From Gaiellaceae bacterium (GTDB taxonomy: Bacteria; Actinomycetota; Thermoleophilia; Gaiellales; Gaiellaceae): a DNA stretch of 64,000 bases. Positions 44,895 through 56,072 of this stretch are shown here, in pieces (position 1 is the stretch's first letter; each line of letters starts with the position of its first letter). The stretch covers positions 4,252 through 68,251 of the forward strand of contig DATIDD010000077.1 of the NCBI GenBank assembly GCA_035456465.1, in the 5' to 3' direction. A program made the position numbers and the translations under genes. A model generated the notes under the pieces. That model worked only from the letters and a program-made list of their open reading frames with translations. It ran no database searches and was not told where the DNA came from.

Positions 44895-45911
44895 TCACGC
44901 CACCTCCTCGCGCGACAGCTCGATCCGCGGCACCGGCACGGAGGCCAGCACCGCGTCGAGCACCTGATCGGCGGTCACGCCCTCGGCGAGCGCCGCATAG
45001 GTGAGGACGAGCCGGTGGCGCAGCGCGTCCTTGGCGATCTCCTGCACGTCCTGCGGGAGCACGTAGGCGCGGCCGCGGACGAGCGCCAGCGCGCGCGCGG
45101 CCAGCACGAGCGCGATCGGGCCGCGCGGGCTCGCGCCAAAGGCGACGTAGGGCGCCAGCTCCCCGTGCTCGTACGCGCCGAGGTCGCGCGTCGCCGCCGC
45201 CAGCGAGACGGCGTACCGCTGCACGACCGGGTCGACGTACACCTCCGCCGTCTGCGCCTGGAGCGCGCGGAGCTCGTCGAGGTCGAGCACCCGCTCGAGC
45301 GCCGGCGCGCCCTCGAGCGCCCGCTCGACGACGGTGACCTCCTCGCCGAAGGCGGGGTAGTCGACCACGACCTTCAGCAGGAAGCGGTCGAGCTGCGCCT
45401 CCGGGAGGGGGTACGTGCCCTCGGCCTCGATCGGGTTCTCGGTCGCGAGCACGAGGAACGGGTCGGGCACCGCATGGGTCTCGCCGCCGATCGTGACCTG
45501 ATGCTCCTGCATCACCTCGAGCAGGGCCGACTGCACCTTCGCGGGCGCGCGGTTGATCTCGTCCGCGAGCAGGAAGTTGCAGAAGACGGGGCCGAGCTCG
45601 ACGTCGAAGCTGCCGTCGCGCGGGCGGAGGACGCGCGTTCCGACGAGGTCGGACGGGACGAGGTCGGGCGTGAACTGGATGCGGCGGAACGAGCCGCCGA
45701 GCACCGCCGCCGTCGTCTTGACGGTCAGCGTCTTGGCGAGGCCCGGCACGCCTTCGATCAGCAGGTGCCCGCCCGACAGCAGGCAGACGAGCACGCGCTC
45801 GAGCATCCGGTCCTGGCCGGCGATGACGCGCTTGATCTCGAACAGGGCTGCCTCGAGGCGCTCCTGCGCGACGTGCGGCCCGTCGACGGGACGAAGGCGG
45901 CGGTCGGTCAC
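44895..45911 (-). CDS. MoxR-family AAA+ ATPase
   Basis: Walker A GVPGLAKT, Walker B FLLADEINRA, LATENPIEAEGTYPLPEAQLDRF. GTG 45911 is preceded by a GAAGGAG SD. Confidence 0.92.
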   Translation of the reverse strand: MTDRRLRPVDGPHVAQERLEAALFEIKRVIAGQDRMLERVLVCLLSGGHLLIEGVPGLAKTLTVKTTAAVLGGSFRRIQFTPDLVPSDLVGTRVLRPRDGSFDVELGPVFCNFLLADEINRAPAKVQSALLEVMQEHQVTIGGETHAVPDPFLVLATENPIEAEGTYPLPEAQLDRFLLKVVVDYPAFGEEVTVVERALEGAPALERVLDLDELRALQAQTAEVYVDPVVQRYAVSLAAATRDLGAYEHGELAPYVAFGASPRGPIALVLAARALALVRGRAYVLPQDVQEIAKDALRHRLVLTYAALAEGVTADQVLDAVLASVPVPRIELSREEVA

Positions 45912-46058
45912 GTGCGTGCTCCTTCTCGGGTGCGGGGGCGTCCAGTTGACCGGTCCAGGCTGAGAGCCGCCTGAGAGGTCGGTTAAGTCCCTGCGAAGGC
46001 GCACGGCCGCCGGGATGCGGCTGCGCCCTGACCTCGCGCGCCGCGTCGCGGAGGGAAC

Positions 46059-47240
<1,182 letters not shown>

Positions 47241-47262
47241 CGCCCCGCCTTCCTCCGGTCGC

Positions 47263-48351
47263 TCATGCGGCGACGAGCTCCGTGCCGCCCACGAGCACCC
47301 GCCGGATCTCCAGCGCGTCGTCGAGCACGACCACGTCCGCGGCCGACCCCGGCTCGATCGTGCCGACGTCGCCGCGGCGGGCCGCGCGCGCAGGCACCGC
47401 GGTCGCGGCGCCGATCGCCTCCGCGAGCGGGGCGCCGAGGGCGTGCAGGCCCCGCACGGCCTCGATCATCGTGATCACGCTGCCCGCGAGGACGCCGTCC
47501 GCGCGCCGGGCGACCCCGCCGACCACGGTGACCGGCTCGCCGGCGAGCTCGAACTCCCCGTCCCCGGCGCCGGCCGCCGCCATCGCGTCGGTGACGAGCG
47601 CGACGCGACCGGAGGCCGCGGCCCACACGATGCGCGCGGTCTCGGGCGCGATGTGGTGGCCGTCGAGGATCACCTGCACCACCACGCCGGAGCGCGCGAG
47701 CGCGGCGCCGGCGACGCCGGGATCGCGGTGGGCGAACGGCCGCATCGCGTTGAACAGGTGCGTCACCGTGGCGACGCCGCGGTCGAAGGCGGCGCCGGCC
47801 TCCGCGGCGGTCGCGTTGGTGTGCCCGAGCGAGACGACGATGCCGCGCGCGTGCAGGAGGTCGACGAGCTCGAGCGCCCCGGGCAGCTCGGGCGCGAGGG
47901 TCATGTACGTGACCGGCCCCGCCGCGAGCAGCCGCTCGGCGAGGAGCGGGTCGGGATCGCGGCGGTGCGCCGCGAGGTGCACCCCGAGGCGCTCGGAGGA
48001 GAGGAACGGCCCCTCGAGGTGCGCCCCGAGGATGCGCGGTCGCATCGGCTCGGCCGGCACCTCGGCGAGCGCGGCGCGGAGCTCCTCCTCCGGCGCGGTG
48101 ATGAGCGTCGGCTGGAACGCGGTCACGCCGGTCTCGAGCAGCGCGTCGCCCGCGCGCCGGTAGTCGGACGCGTCGGCGTGCATGAAGTCGACGCCGGCGA
48201 AGCCGTTGACCTGCAGGTCGACGAAGCCCGGCGCCGCGATCCCGCGACCGCCTCCGGCGAGGCCCACCGCGGCGATCCGGCCGCCCGCGACCTCGACGTC
48301 GCCGCGCAGGAGCATCCCGTCGACGACGGCGGCCTCGACGCCGAGCCTCAT
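47263..48351 (-). CDS. nagA: N-acetylglucosamine-6-phosphate deacetylase
   Basis: PGFVDLQVNGFAGVDF, HLEGPFLS, SLGHTNAT, THLFNAM, LVTDAM are NagA amidohydrolase motifs. Confidence 0.9.
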   Translation of the reverse strand: MRLGVEAAVVDGMLLRGDVEVAGGRIAAVGLAGGGRGIAAPGFVDLQVNGFAGVDFMHADASDYRRAGDALLETGVTAFQPTLITAPEEELRAALAEVPAEPMRPRILGAHLEGPFLSSERLGVHLAAHRRDPDPLLAERLLAAGPVTYMTLAPELPGALELVDLLHARGIVVSLGHTNATAAEAGAAFDRGVATVTHLFNAMRPFAHRDPGVAGAALARSGVVVQVILDGHHIAPETARIVWAAASGRVALVTDAMAAAGAGDGEFELAGEPVTVVGGVARRADGVLAGSVITMIEAVRGLHALGAPLAEAIGAATAVPARAARRGDVGTIEPGSAADVVVLDDALEIRRVLVGGTELVAA

Positions 48352-49241
48352 CGGGCGACCGCCGCGCGGACGACGCCGCCCGTCCGCTCGAGCCGCTCCC
48401 GCGCGGCGTCGGGGTCGAGCCCGAGCAGCAGCGAGACGATCGCCACCTTCGCGTCCCCGCCGCTCGCCGCGAGCGCCGCGTCGGCCTCCTCCTCGGACGC
48501 GTCGGAGGCGAGCGCGACGGCCCTGCGCGCCCGGGCGCGCAGCTTCGCGTTGCTCGCGACGACGTCCACCATCAGGTTCCCGTACGTCCGGCCGAGCCGG
48601 ATCATCGTCGCGGTCGAGAGCGTGTTGAGCACGAGCTTCTGCGCCGTGCCGGCCTTCATCCTCGTCGACCCCGCGATCACCTCCGGCCCGACGAGCGCGA
48701 CCACCTCGTGGTCGGCCAGCGCGCCGAGCTCGCTCCCCTCGGTGCACACGACGGCGACGAGCAGCGCGCCGGCGTCGCGGGCGGCGCGCGCGGCGCCGAC
48801 GGTGTACGGCGTGCTGCCGCCGGCGGAGAGCGCCACGACCGCGTCGGCGGGGCCGACCGCCGCCGCGGCGACGTCGTCCGCGCCCGCGCCGGCGTCGTCC
48901 TCGGCCGCCTCCTGCGCGGCCGCGGCCGCCGCGGGGCCGCCGGCGATCAGGGCCAGCACCGTCCCTTCGGGCACGCCGAACGTCGGGCCGCACTCGGCCG
49001 CGTCGACCAGCGCGAGTCGGCCGGACGAGCCGGCGCCGACGTAGACGAGGCGTCCGCCCTCGCGCAGCCGCTCCTCGATCGCGTCGACCGCGCGCGCGAG
49101 CGGCGCCACGGCGGCGCGAACGGCCGGCGCGACCCGCGCGTCCTCGTCGTTGATCCGCTCCACGAGCCGCTGCGTGGGAAGCAGGTCGAGGTCGGCGAGA
49201 TCGTCCGCACGGCGTTCGGTGACCGGCTCGGTGTGGGTCAT
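48348..49241 (-). CDS. murQ: N-acetylmuramic acid 6-phosphate etherase
   Basis: SIS domain with GAGSSGRL, PTFGVP, GSTRMKAGTAQKLVLN. ATG 49241 (MTHTEP). Confidence 0.88.
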   Translation of the reverse strand: MTHTEPVTERRADDLADLDLLPTQRLVERINDEDARVAPAVRAAVAPLARAVDAIEERLREGGRLVYVGAGSSGRLALVDAAECGPTFGVPEGTVLALIAGGPAAAAAAQEAAEDDAGAGADDVAAAAVGPADAVVALSAGGSTPYTVGAARAARDAGALLVAVVCTEGSELGALADHEVVALVGPEVIAGSTRMKAGTAQKLVLNTLSTATMIRLGRTYGNLMVDVVASNAKLRARARRAVALASDASEEEADAALAASGGDAKVAIVSLLLGLDPDAARERLERTGGVVRAAVAR

Positions 49242-49282
49242 CGCAGCGCGAGTGTAGTACCGGTTTGGCCCGGTGACAACCA

Positions 49283-49298
49283 ATTGGTATTGACCAAT
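49283..49298. promoter_or_regulatory. dre-like (DasR/NagR-type) operator in the murQ / gntR divergent region
   Basis: ATTGGTATTGACCAAT matches the Streptomyces dre consensus A(C/G)TGGTCTAGACCA(C/G)T at 12/16 positions. Palindromic ATTGGT..ACCAAT. Confidence 0.65.
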
Positions 49299-49330
49299 CG
49301 TCTGGCAAAGGGCATGATCGAGGCGTCGCC

Positions 49331-50095
49331 ATGGCCGTGCCGTCGCAGCGAGTCACGAAGCAGAGCCAGACGCGGGATCAGGTCTTCGACCTGATCGAGC
49401 GGCTCGGCGTGGGCAACGCGATCCCGTCCGAGCGGCAGCTGAGCGCCGATCTGGGCGTCTCGCGGCTCACGGTCCGGGCCGCGCTCGACGAGCTCGTGCG
49501 CGAGGGCTACCTCGTGCGCCGCCGCGGCGCGGGGACGTTCGTGCGGGAGCCGAAGATCGCGCAGGAGCTCACGATGACCTCGTTCAGCGAGGACATGCGC
49601 CAGCGCGGCATGCGCCCCGGCAGCCGGACGCTCTCGCTCGAGACGAAGCTCGCCGGCGCCTACCTCGGCCGCTGCCTCCACGTGTCGCCGTCCGAGCGGA
49701 TCGTCGTGGTCAAGCGCCTCCGGCTCGCCGACGACGAGACGATGGCGATCGAGACGCTGCACGTCCCGGAGGCGATCGTCCCGGGGCTGACCCGGCAGGA
49801 CTTCGACGACGCGTCCTTCTACGAGCTCCTGACCGGCCGGTACGGCGTCGAGATCGCGGGCGGCGTGCAGTCGATCGAGCCGACGGTGACAAACGAGGAG
49901 GAGTCGGAGGTGCTGGGCGTGCCGCTGCACTCGCCGGCGTTCCAGTTCGAGCGCACGACGCGCTCGTCCACCGGCGAGATCGTCGAGTTCGTCCGCTCGA
50001 TCTACCGCGGCGACCGGTACCGCCTCGTCAGCGAGCTCCGCCGCGACCGCGCGGCACCGCCGCCGGTCTTCGTCCCGCGCGAGCAGCGGACGTGA
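49331..50095 (+). CDS. GntR/HutC-family transcriptional regulator (DasR/NagR-like, UTRA effector domain)
   Basis: [44 protein letters not shown] followed by a UTRA domain. Confidence 0.9.
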   Translation: MAVPSQRVTKQSQTRDQVFDLIERLGVGNAIPSERQLSADLGVSRLTVRAALDELVREGYLVRRRGAGTFVREPKIAQELTMTSFSEDMRQRGMRPGSRTLSLETKLAGAYLGRCLHVSPSERIVVVKRLRLADDETMAIETLHVPEAIVPGLTRQDFDDASFYELLTGRYGVEIAGGVQSIEPTVTNEEESEVLGVPLHSPAFQFERTTRSSTGEIVEFVRSIYRGDRYRLVSELRRDRAAPPPVFVPREQRT

Positions 50096-51168
50096 GCGAG
50101 GCGGCCGCAGCAGCCGAGCCCCCGCCCGGCGCGCGGCTGCTCGCCGAGATCCGGGAGCAGCCGGAGGCGCTGCGCCGCGTGTGCGCCCACGCCGACGCCT
50201 ACGCCGAGGTGGCCGCCGTGCTCCGCGACCGCCGCCTCGAGCTCGTGCGGATGGTCGGCCACGGATCGTCGGACAACGCCGCCTCGTACGGCGTGTACGC
50301 GTTCGGACTGCTCGCCGGCTGGACGGCCATGCGCGACTCGATCTCGCTCTCGGTCTACTACGGCGCCGAGCTCGATCTCGGCCGCTCGTGCGTGCTCGCC
50401 CTGTCGCAGTCGGGGCAGACGCCGGACGTGCTCGAGTACGTCGAGCGGGCCGCCCGCCGCGGCGCCTTCACGGTCGCGATCACGAACGACCCGTCCTCCG
50501 AGCTCGCGCGGGCCGCCGCGGCCGTGCTCCCCCTCGGCGTCGGCCCCGAGCTGGCGGTCGCGGCGACGAAGACCTACACGGCCCAGCTCGCGTCGCTCGC
50601 CCTCGTGGCCGCGCACGTCGCCGGCCGTGGGCCGGAGCTCGTGGAGGCGATCGGCCGCACCGCCGACCTGCTCGCCGGGCTGCTGCCCGCGCTGGAGGCC
50701 CGGCTCTCCGAGGTCGCCGTCTCGCTCGCGTTCGTCGGCCGCATGTTCGTGATCGGCCGGGGGCCCGAGTACGCGACGGCGCGGGAGATCTCGCTGAAGC
50801 TGCTCGAGACCTGCCGCGTCGCGGCCGAGCCGCTCACCGCCACCGACCTCGTGCACGGGCCGGTGGCGGCGATCGACGGGCTCTTCCCGGTCTGGGTGAT
50901 CGCGTCGGACGACGAGAGCCTGCCGGCCGTGCGACGCGCGGCCGCGACCGCCCGTGTCGCGGGTGCGACGCTCGTCGCGAGCGGGACGGCCGCCGCCGAG
51001 ATCGAGGGGGCGTCCGTCGTGCTGCCCGTGCCCGCCCCGCCGGTGCCGGTGCTCACGCCGCTCCTCTCGGTCGCTCCGGGGCAGCTGCTGGCGTGGGCGC
51101 TCGCCCAGGCCAAGGGGCTCGATCCCGACCGGCCGGCGGGGCTCCAGAAGGTCACGCTCGCGCCGTGA
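50092..51168 (+). CDS. SIS-domain sugar-phosphate isomerase/deaminase (NagB-II / GlmS-C-like)
   Basis: Two SIS domains ([10 protein letters not shown]..., [37 protein letters not shown]). Confidence 0.8.
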   Translation: MSEAAAAAEPPPGARLLAEIREQPEALRRVCAHADAYAEVAAVLRDRRLELVRMVGHGSSDNAASYGVYAFGLLAGWTAMRDSISLSVYYGAELDLGRSCVLALSQSGQTPDVLEYVERAARRGAFTVAITNDPSSELARAAAAVLPLGVGPELAVAATKTYTAQLASLALVAAHVAGRGPELVEAIGRTADLLAGLLPALEARLSEVAVSLAFVGRMFVIGRGPEYATAREISLKLLETCRVAAEPLTATDLVHGPVAAIDGLFPVWVIASDDESLPAVRRAAATARVAGATLVASGTAAAEIEGASVVLPVPAPPVPVLTPLLSVAPGQLLAWALAQAKGLDPDRPAGLQKVTLAP

Positions 51169-51311
51169 CGGATGGTCAGTACCAGTGATCGACACGACGG
51201 CCTCGGCCCCGGCGGCGAGAGACGCGATGTCCCGCGCGATGCGGTTTCGCACTTCTGCATCCGGCCCTCTTGACATGACCACTGACCTGTGCGAGCCTCC
51301 GGGAGTCGTGA

Positions 51312-51327
51312 ATTGGTCTAGACCACT
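51312..51327. promoter_or_regulatory. Near-consensus dre (DasR-responsive element) operator upstream of the sugar-binding protein gene
   Basis: ATTGGTCTAGACCACT matches the dre consensus A(C/G)TGGTCTAGACCA(C/G)T at 15/16 positions. Lies 47 nt upstream of the start at 51374. Confidence 0.8.
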
Positions 51328-51373
51328 TGGCGGGCCGCGCAGGTCCTGCCGGTTCTCTTCCTAGGAGGTCAAG

Positions 51374-52663
51374 GTGAGACGACGACTTCTCGCAGCAGTC
51401 GCCGTCGCGGGGATGCTCGCGATCGGCGCGGCTTCCGCCGCCGCGCGTCCGGCGGTACCGGCGAAGGCGAGTGCGGACAAGCTGACGGTCTGGCTCATGG
51501 GCGACGCCCAGGCGAACTGGCCGGAGGCCGTGGCCGCCGCGACGACGGCCTTCAAGGCCCAGCACGCGGGCGTCGACGTCGACGTCCAGTACCAGAGCTG
51601 GGGCGACTACAAGACGAAGTTCGAGGCCACGCTCGCCGCAGGCAGCGGCCCCGACGTGATCGAGTTCGGCAACACCGACGTGCCGAAGTACAGCGCCGCC
51701 GGAGCGCTCGCCCCGCTCAACAAGGCCGACTACCCGAACAGCCGCACGTGGCTGTCCGGGCTCGCGGCCGCCGGCACCTACCGCGGCCGCGTCTACGCCG
51801 TGCCGTACTACGCCGGCGCGCGCGGCGTGATCTACCGCACCGACCAGTACCGCGCGGTCGGCGTCAGGTCGACGCCGAAGACGCTCGCCGAGTTCAACGT
51901 CGTGGGCGCGAAGCTGATGAAGCGCTACGGGAAGAACCCGAACTACTCGGCGCTCTACTTCCCCGGCCGGTACTGGTACGCGGCGATGTCCTTCGTCTAC
52001 GACTGGGGCGGCCAGATCGCGGCCTTCCGCGGGGGCAAGTGGGTCGGCACCCTCCACGAGCCGAAGGCGCTGTCCGGCCTCACCGCGTGGCGCAGCACGG
52101 CACGCCTCCTGTCGCGGGCGAACAAGACGGGTGACGAGGCCCACCCGCAGCAGGCGCTCGTGTTCGCGAAGGGCAACGTCGGCTCGTTCATCGGCAACGG
52201 GTGGGAGTGGCCGTACGCGCTCGACCCGAAGGTCGGGAACCCGAAGCTCGCGGACAAGATCGGCGCCTACCCGATGCCGAGCCACGTCCGCGGCCGGTTC
52301 ATGCCGACGTTCCTCGGCGGCTCGAACCTCGCGATCCCCGTCACGAGCAAGCAGAAGGCGCTCGCCGCCGACTGGATCGCGGCGTTCACGAGCACCGAGA
52401 ACGAGCGGCGGATGGCCGTGGCCGGCGGGGTGATCCCGAACACGACCACGCTGGCGAGCGTGAACGCGTCGAAGCCGACGCTGGCGCCGTTCGCCAACGC
52501 GGCGAAGTACAGCTGGTTCGTCCCGTCGACCCCGAACTGGGCGAACGTGGAGAGCGCGAACGTGCTCCAGAACATGCTGAGCGGCATCCTCCGCAACCCG
52601 AAGCAGACGTCCACGCTCGCGAAGCGCGCGAGCGACCAGATCACGCGGATCCTCAACGAGTGA
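51374..52663 (+). CDS. Sugar ABC transporter substrate-binding protein (NgcE/DasA-like context)
   Basis: Signal peptide and family-1 SBP profile. Operon context with two MalFG-type permeases and a dre site. Confidence 0.85.
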   Translation: MRRRLLAAVAVAGMLAIGAASAAARPAVPAKASADKLTVWLMGDAQANWPEAVAAATTAFKAQHAGVDVDVQYQSWGDYKTKFEATLAAGSGPDVIEFGNTDVPKYSAAGALAPLNKADYPNSRTWLSGLAAAGTYRGRVYAVPYYAGARGVIYRTDQYRAVGVRSTPKTLAEFNVVGAKLMKRYGKNPNYSALYFPGRYWYAAMSFVYDWGGQIAAFRGGKWVGTLHEPKALSGLTAWRSTARLLSRANKTGDEAHPQQALVFAKGNVGSFIGNGWEWPYALDPKVGNPKLADKIGAYPMPSHVRGRFMPTFLGGSNLAIPVTSKQKALAADWIAAFTSTENERRMAVAGGVIPNTTTLASVNASKPTLAPFANAAKYSWFVPSTPNWANVESANVLQNMLSGILRNPKQTSTLAKRASDQITRILNE

Positions 52664-52676
52664 CACGTCGGGTGGC

Positions 52677-53645
52677 GTGACCGAGAAGCTCGCCGACGCC
52701 GTTCCCCTCACCGCCGAGCCGGCCGTCGTGCCGGCTCGGCGGCGTCGGCGGCTCCGGCCCTGGCGCCGCCTCGGGCCGTACCTCCTCGTCCTGCCCGCGC
52801 TCGCGGTGATCGCCGCGGTGCTCGGGTACCCGCTGTACAAGCTGTTCACGCTGTCGTTCCAGCAGTACGGCCTGCCCGAGCTGATCCAGCACGAGGGGAG
52901 CTGGATCGGCCTCGACAACTACGCCCACATCGTCCGCGACCGCGAGTTCTGGGTCGTGCTGGTGCGGACGGGGGCCTTCACCGCCGTGACGGTCGGCCTG
53001 ACGATGGTGCTGGGCACGCTGATCGCGCTGCTCCTGGCCCGCCTCGGCGCGTTGATGCGGCTGCTGATCACGACGGCGCTCGTGCTCGCGTGGTCGATGC
53101 CGCCGGTCGTGTCGGTGAACATCTGGAGCTGGATGGTCGACTACGAGTTCGGCGTCCTCAACTGGACGCTGGCGAAGCTCGGCTTCGAGCGCTACCTCCA
53201 CCACGACTGGTTCGTGAACCCGTGGGAGGGCTTCGCCGTGATCGTCGCGATCGTCGTCTGGGGTGCGATCCCCTTCGTCGCGATCACGATCTACGCGGGC
53301 CTGACGCAGCTCTCGCGCGAGCTCGTCGAGGCGGCCGCGATCGACGGGGCGGGCGCCTTCCGCACCTTCCGGGACATCACGCTGCCGATCCTCAAGCCGA
53401 TCTTCGTGATCCTGGCGAGCCTGTCGGTGATCTGGAACTTCCAGGTCTTCAGCCAGGTGTGGATCATCCGCAACGCGCGGCCGGAGGACCACTACTTCAT
53501 CATGAGCATCTACTCGTTCGTCGAGTCGTTCAACGCGAGCGAGTACGGCCTCGGCTCGGCGATCGCGGTCGTCACCGTGCTGACGTTGCTCGCCGTCACC
53601 TTCTTCTACATCCGCCAGATGGTGCGGATCGGGGAGATCGAATGA
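52677..53645 (+). CDS. Carbohydrate ABC transporter permease (MalF-type)
   Basis: EAA-loop region ELVEAAAIDGAGAFRTFRDITLPILKP. Confidence 0.9.
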   Translation: MTEKLADAVPLTAEPAVVPARRRRRLRPWRRLGPYLLVLPALAVIAAVLGYPLYKLFTLSFQQYGLPELIQHEGSWIGLDNYAHIVRDREFWVVLVRTGAFTAVTVGLTMVLGTLIALLLARLGALMRLLITTALVLAWSMPPVVSVNIWSWMVDYEFGVLNWTLAKLGFERYLHHDWFVNPWEGFAVIVAIVVWGAIPFVAITIYAGLTQLSRELVEAAAIDGAGAFRTFRDITLPILKPIFVILASLSVIWNFQVFSQVWIIRNARPEDHYFIMSIYSFVESFNASEYGLGSAIAVVTVLTLLAVTFFYIRQMVRIGEIE

Positions 53646-54526
53646 GCGCGGTCCCGGAGCCGCTGCCTCCGCTGCCGCGGCGCCGGCCGAGCCGGGCCCG
53701 CGTGCTCCGGCGCGTCGGCCTCAACCTCGTCGGCCTCCTCGTGTTCGTGGTGATGGCCTTCCCGGTCTACTGGATGGTGGCGACGGCGTTCAAGCAGGGG
53801 GAGGACGTCCTCTCGTTCGACCCGGTCTGGATCCCGCGCGATCCCACGCTCGCGAGCTTCCGCGACGCGATGTCGCGGCCGTTCTTCTGGCAGGACGTGC
53901 GCAACAGCCTGATCGTCGTCGGCTGCGTCGTCGTGCTCTCGGTCGTGCTCGCGTTCCTCGCCGCGCTCGCGCTGGCCAAGTTCCGCTTCTACGGGCGGCG
54001 CGCGTTCGTGGTCGTGATCTTCGCGGTGCAGATGGTGCCGCTGACGGCGCTGATCATCCCCCTCTACATCACGCTCTCCAGTGTGCAGCAGGTGGACAAG
54101 CTCTCGGGAGTGATCGTCTCGTACGTGGCGCTCGTGCTGCCCTTCTGCGTCTGGACGATGCGCGGGTTCATCGCCGGGATCCCGAAGGAGCTCGAGGAGG
54201 CGGCGATGGTGGACGGCTCGACGCGGCTCGGGGCATTCGTCCGGATCCTGCTCCCGCTCGTCGGGCCGGGGCTCGTGGCCACGTCGATCTTCGCCTTCAT
54301 CCAGGCCTGGAACGAGTACATCATCGCCTACGTGATGCTGTCCTCCCAGGACAAGCAGACGGTGACGATCTGGCTCGCGAACTTCACCACCGGCACGCTC
54401 CGCGGCGTCGACTGGGGGACGCTGATGGCGGGCGCGACGCTGACCGCGCTGCCGGTCGTCGTCTTCTTCGTGCTGATCCACCGGAGGATCGCGTTCGGGC
54501 TCACGGCCGGCGCCGTCCGCGGATGA
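53642..54526 (+). CDS. Carbohydrate ABC transporter permease (MalG-type)
   Basis: EAA loop ELEEAAMVDGSTRLGAFVRILLPLVGP. ATGA overlap with the upstream permease. Confidence 0.9.
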   Translation: MSAVPEPLPPLPRRRPSRARVLRRVGLNLVGLLVFVVMAFPVYWMVATAFKQGEDVLSFDPVWIPRDPTLASFRDAMSRPFFWQDVRNSLIVVGCVVVLSVVLAFLAALALAKFRFYGRRAFVVVIFAVQMVPLTALIIPLYITLSSVQQVDKLSGVIVSYVALVLPFCVWTMRGFIAGIPKELEEAAMVDGSTRLGAFVRILLPLVGPGLVATSIFAFIQAWNEYIIAYVMLSSQDKQTVTIWLANFTTGTLRGVDWGTLMAGATLTALPVVVFFVLIHRRIAFGLTAGAVRG

Positions 54527-54533
54527 CGGGCGG

Positions 54534-55964
54534 GTGAGCGGGCTCGACCGGCTCGCCTGGGGCTGCCTGCTCCCGAGCGTTCCCGGGCCGGAGCTCCCCG
54601 CATGGTCGCGTCGCTGGCTCGAGCGCGGCCTCGGCGGCGTCGTGCTGTTCGCGGCGAACGTGCGCGACGCCGAGCAGCTGCGGGCGCTGACCGTCGCGCT
54701 GCGGGCCGGGGGCGCTCCGCTGCTCGTGGCCGTCGACGAGGAGGGAGGAGACGTCACGCGCCTCGAGGCGCGGACGGGCAGCTCCTATCCGAGCGCGCTC
54801 GGACTCGGCGCCGTCGACGACCCGGCGCTGACCGAGGCCGTCGCCGGCTCGATCGCGGCGGAGCTCGCGGCGGCAGGCGTCAACCTCAACCTCGCGCCGG
54901 TCGCCGACGTGAACACGAACCCGGACAACCCCGTGATCGGCGTGCGCTCGTTCGGCGCCGACCCGGAGCTCGTTGCCCGGCACGTGCGGGCGTTCGTGGC
55001 GGGGACGCAGGCCCACGGCGTGGCGGCGTGCGCGAAGCACTTCCCCGGCCACGGCGACACCCGGGTGGACTCGCACCGGGAGCTCGCGGTCGTGTCGCGC
55101 AGCCGCGAGGAGCTGGAGGCGGTCGAGCTCCGACCGTTCGCGGCCGCGATCGAGGCCGGCGTCGCGTCGGTGATGACCGGCCATCTCGTCGTGCCGGCGC
55201 TCGACGAGCAGCCCGCGACCCTCAGCGCGGCGCTCGTCGAGGGCGTGCTGCGGCACCAGCTCCGCTTCGGCGGGCTCGTGATCTCGGACGCGCTCGACAT
55301 GCGCGCGATCGCCGGGACGGTCGGCATCGCCGAGGGCGCGGTGGGGTCGCTCGCGGCCGGCGTCGACGCGGTCTGCCTCGGCCCGTCCGTCGGGCCCGAG
55401 GCGGTGGAGGCGGTGCAGCGCGCGGTCGTCGACGCCGTCGGGTCGGGCCGGCTGACGGAGGCGCGCCTGGCGGAGGCGGCCGGCCGGGTGGCGTCGACTG
55501 CACGGGCTGCGACCGGGTCCGCGGACGGCGCCGACCGCGGCGTGGGCGTCGAGGCGGCCCGTCGCGCCCTGCGCGTCCACGGCGACGCGGCCGCCGGGGA
55601 GGCGCCCGTCCTCGTCGAGCTCCGTCCCGAGCCGCTCGTCGCCGCCGGCGTGACGGGCGCCCGCCTCGGCGTGGCGCTGCTGGCCAGGGTGCCCCGGGCG
55701 ACGGTGCTCGCGCTCGGGCGCGGAGACGCCCCGCCGGAGGTGCTCCCGGAGGGCCGGCTCGTCGTCGCCGTGCGGGACGCCGCCCGGGACCCGTGGCAGC
55801 AGCGGCTCGCCGGCCGCCTGCTCGAGCTGCGGCCCGGCGCGATCCTGGTCGAGACGGGCGTGCCCGGCTGGATGCCGTCGAGCGCGGCGGGGATCGTCGA
55901 GACGAACGGCGGCGGGCGCGCGAGCCTCGAGGCCGCGGCGCAGGTGCTCGCGGCCCCGCGCTGA
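54534..55964 (+). CDS. nagZ: Glycoside hydrolase family 3 beta-N-acetylhexosaminidase (NagZ-like)
   Basis: VAVDEEGGDVTRL, NLAPVADVN, KHFPGHGDT..DSH, ISDALDM are GH3 N-terminal domain motifs. Confidence 0.85.
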   Translation: MSGLDRLAWGCLLPSVPGPELPAWSRRWLERGLGGVVLFAANVRDAEQLRALTVALRAGGAPLLVAVDEEGGDVTRLEARTGSSYPSALGLGAVDDPALTEAVAGSIAAELAAAGVNLNLAPVADVNTNPDNPVIGVRSFGADPELVARHVRAFVAGTQAHGVAACAKHFPGHGDTRVDSHRELAVVSRSREELEAVELRPFAAAIEAGVASVMTGHLVVPALDEQPATLSAALVEGVLRHQLRFGGLVISDALDMRAIAGTVGIAEGAVGSLAAGVDAVCLGPSVGPEAVEAVQRAVVDAVGSGRLTEARLAEAAGRVASTARAATGSADGADRGVGVEAARRALRVHGDAAAGEAPVLVELRPEPLVAAGVTGARLGVALLARVPRATVLALGRGDAPPEVLPEGRLVVAVRDAARDPWQQRLAGRLLELRPGAILVETGVPGWMPSSAAGIVETNGGGRASLEAAAQVLAAPR

Positions 55965-56072
55965 CCGGCGGCCGAAATACCGCATTCAGGGGATTCGGCG
56001 GGAGCGCGTGGCGGGCACGATGCACTCGCGACGTCCGGCGGCTCCGGAACGGCGCATGCGGCTCTTACCCTG

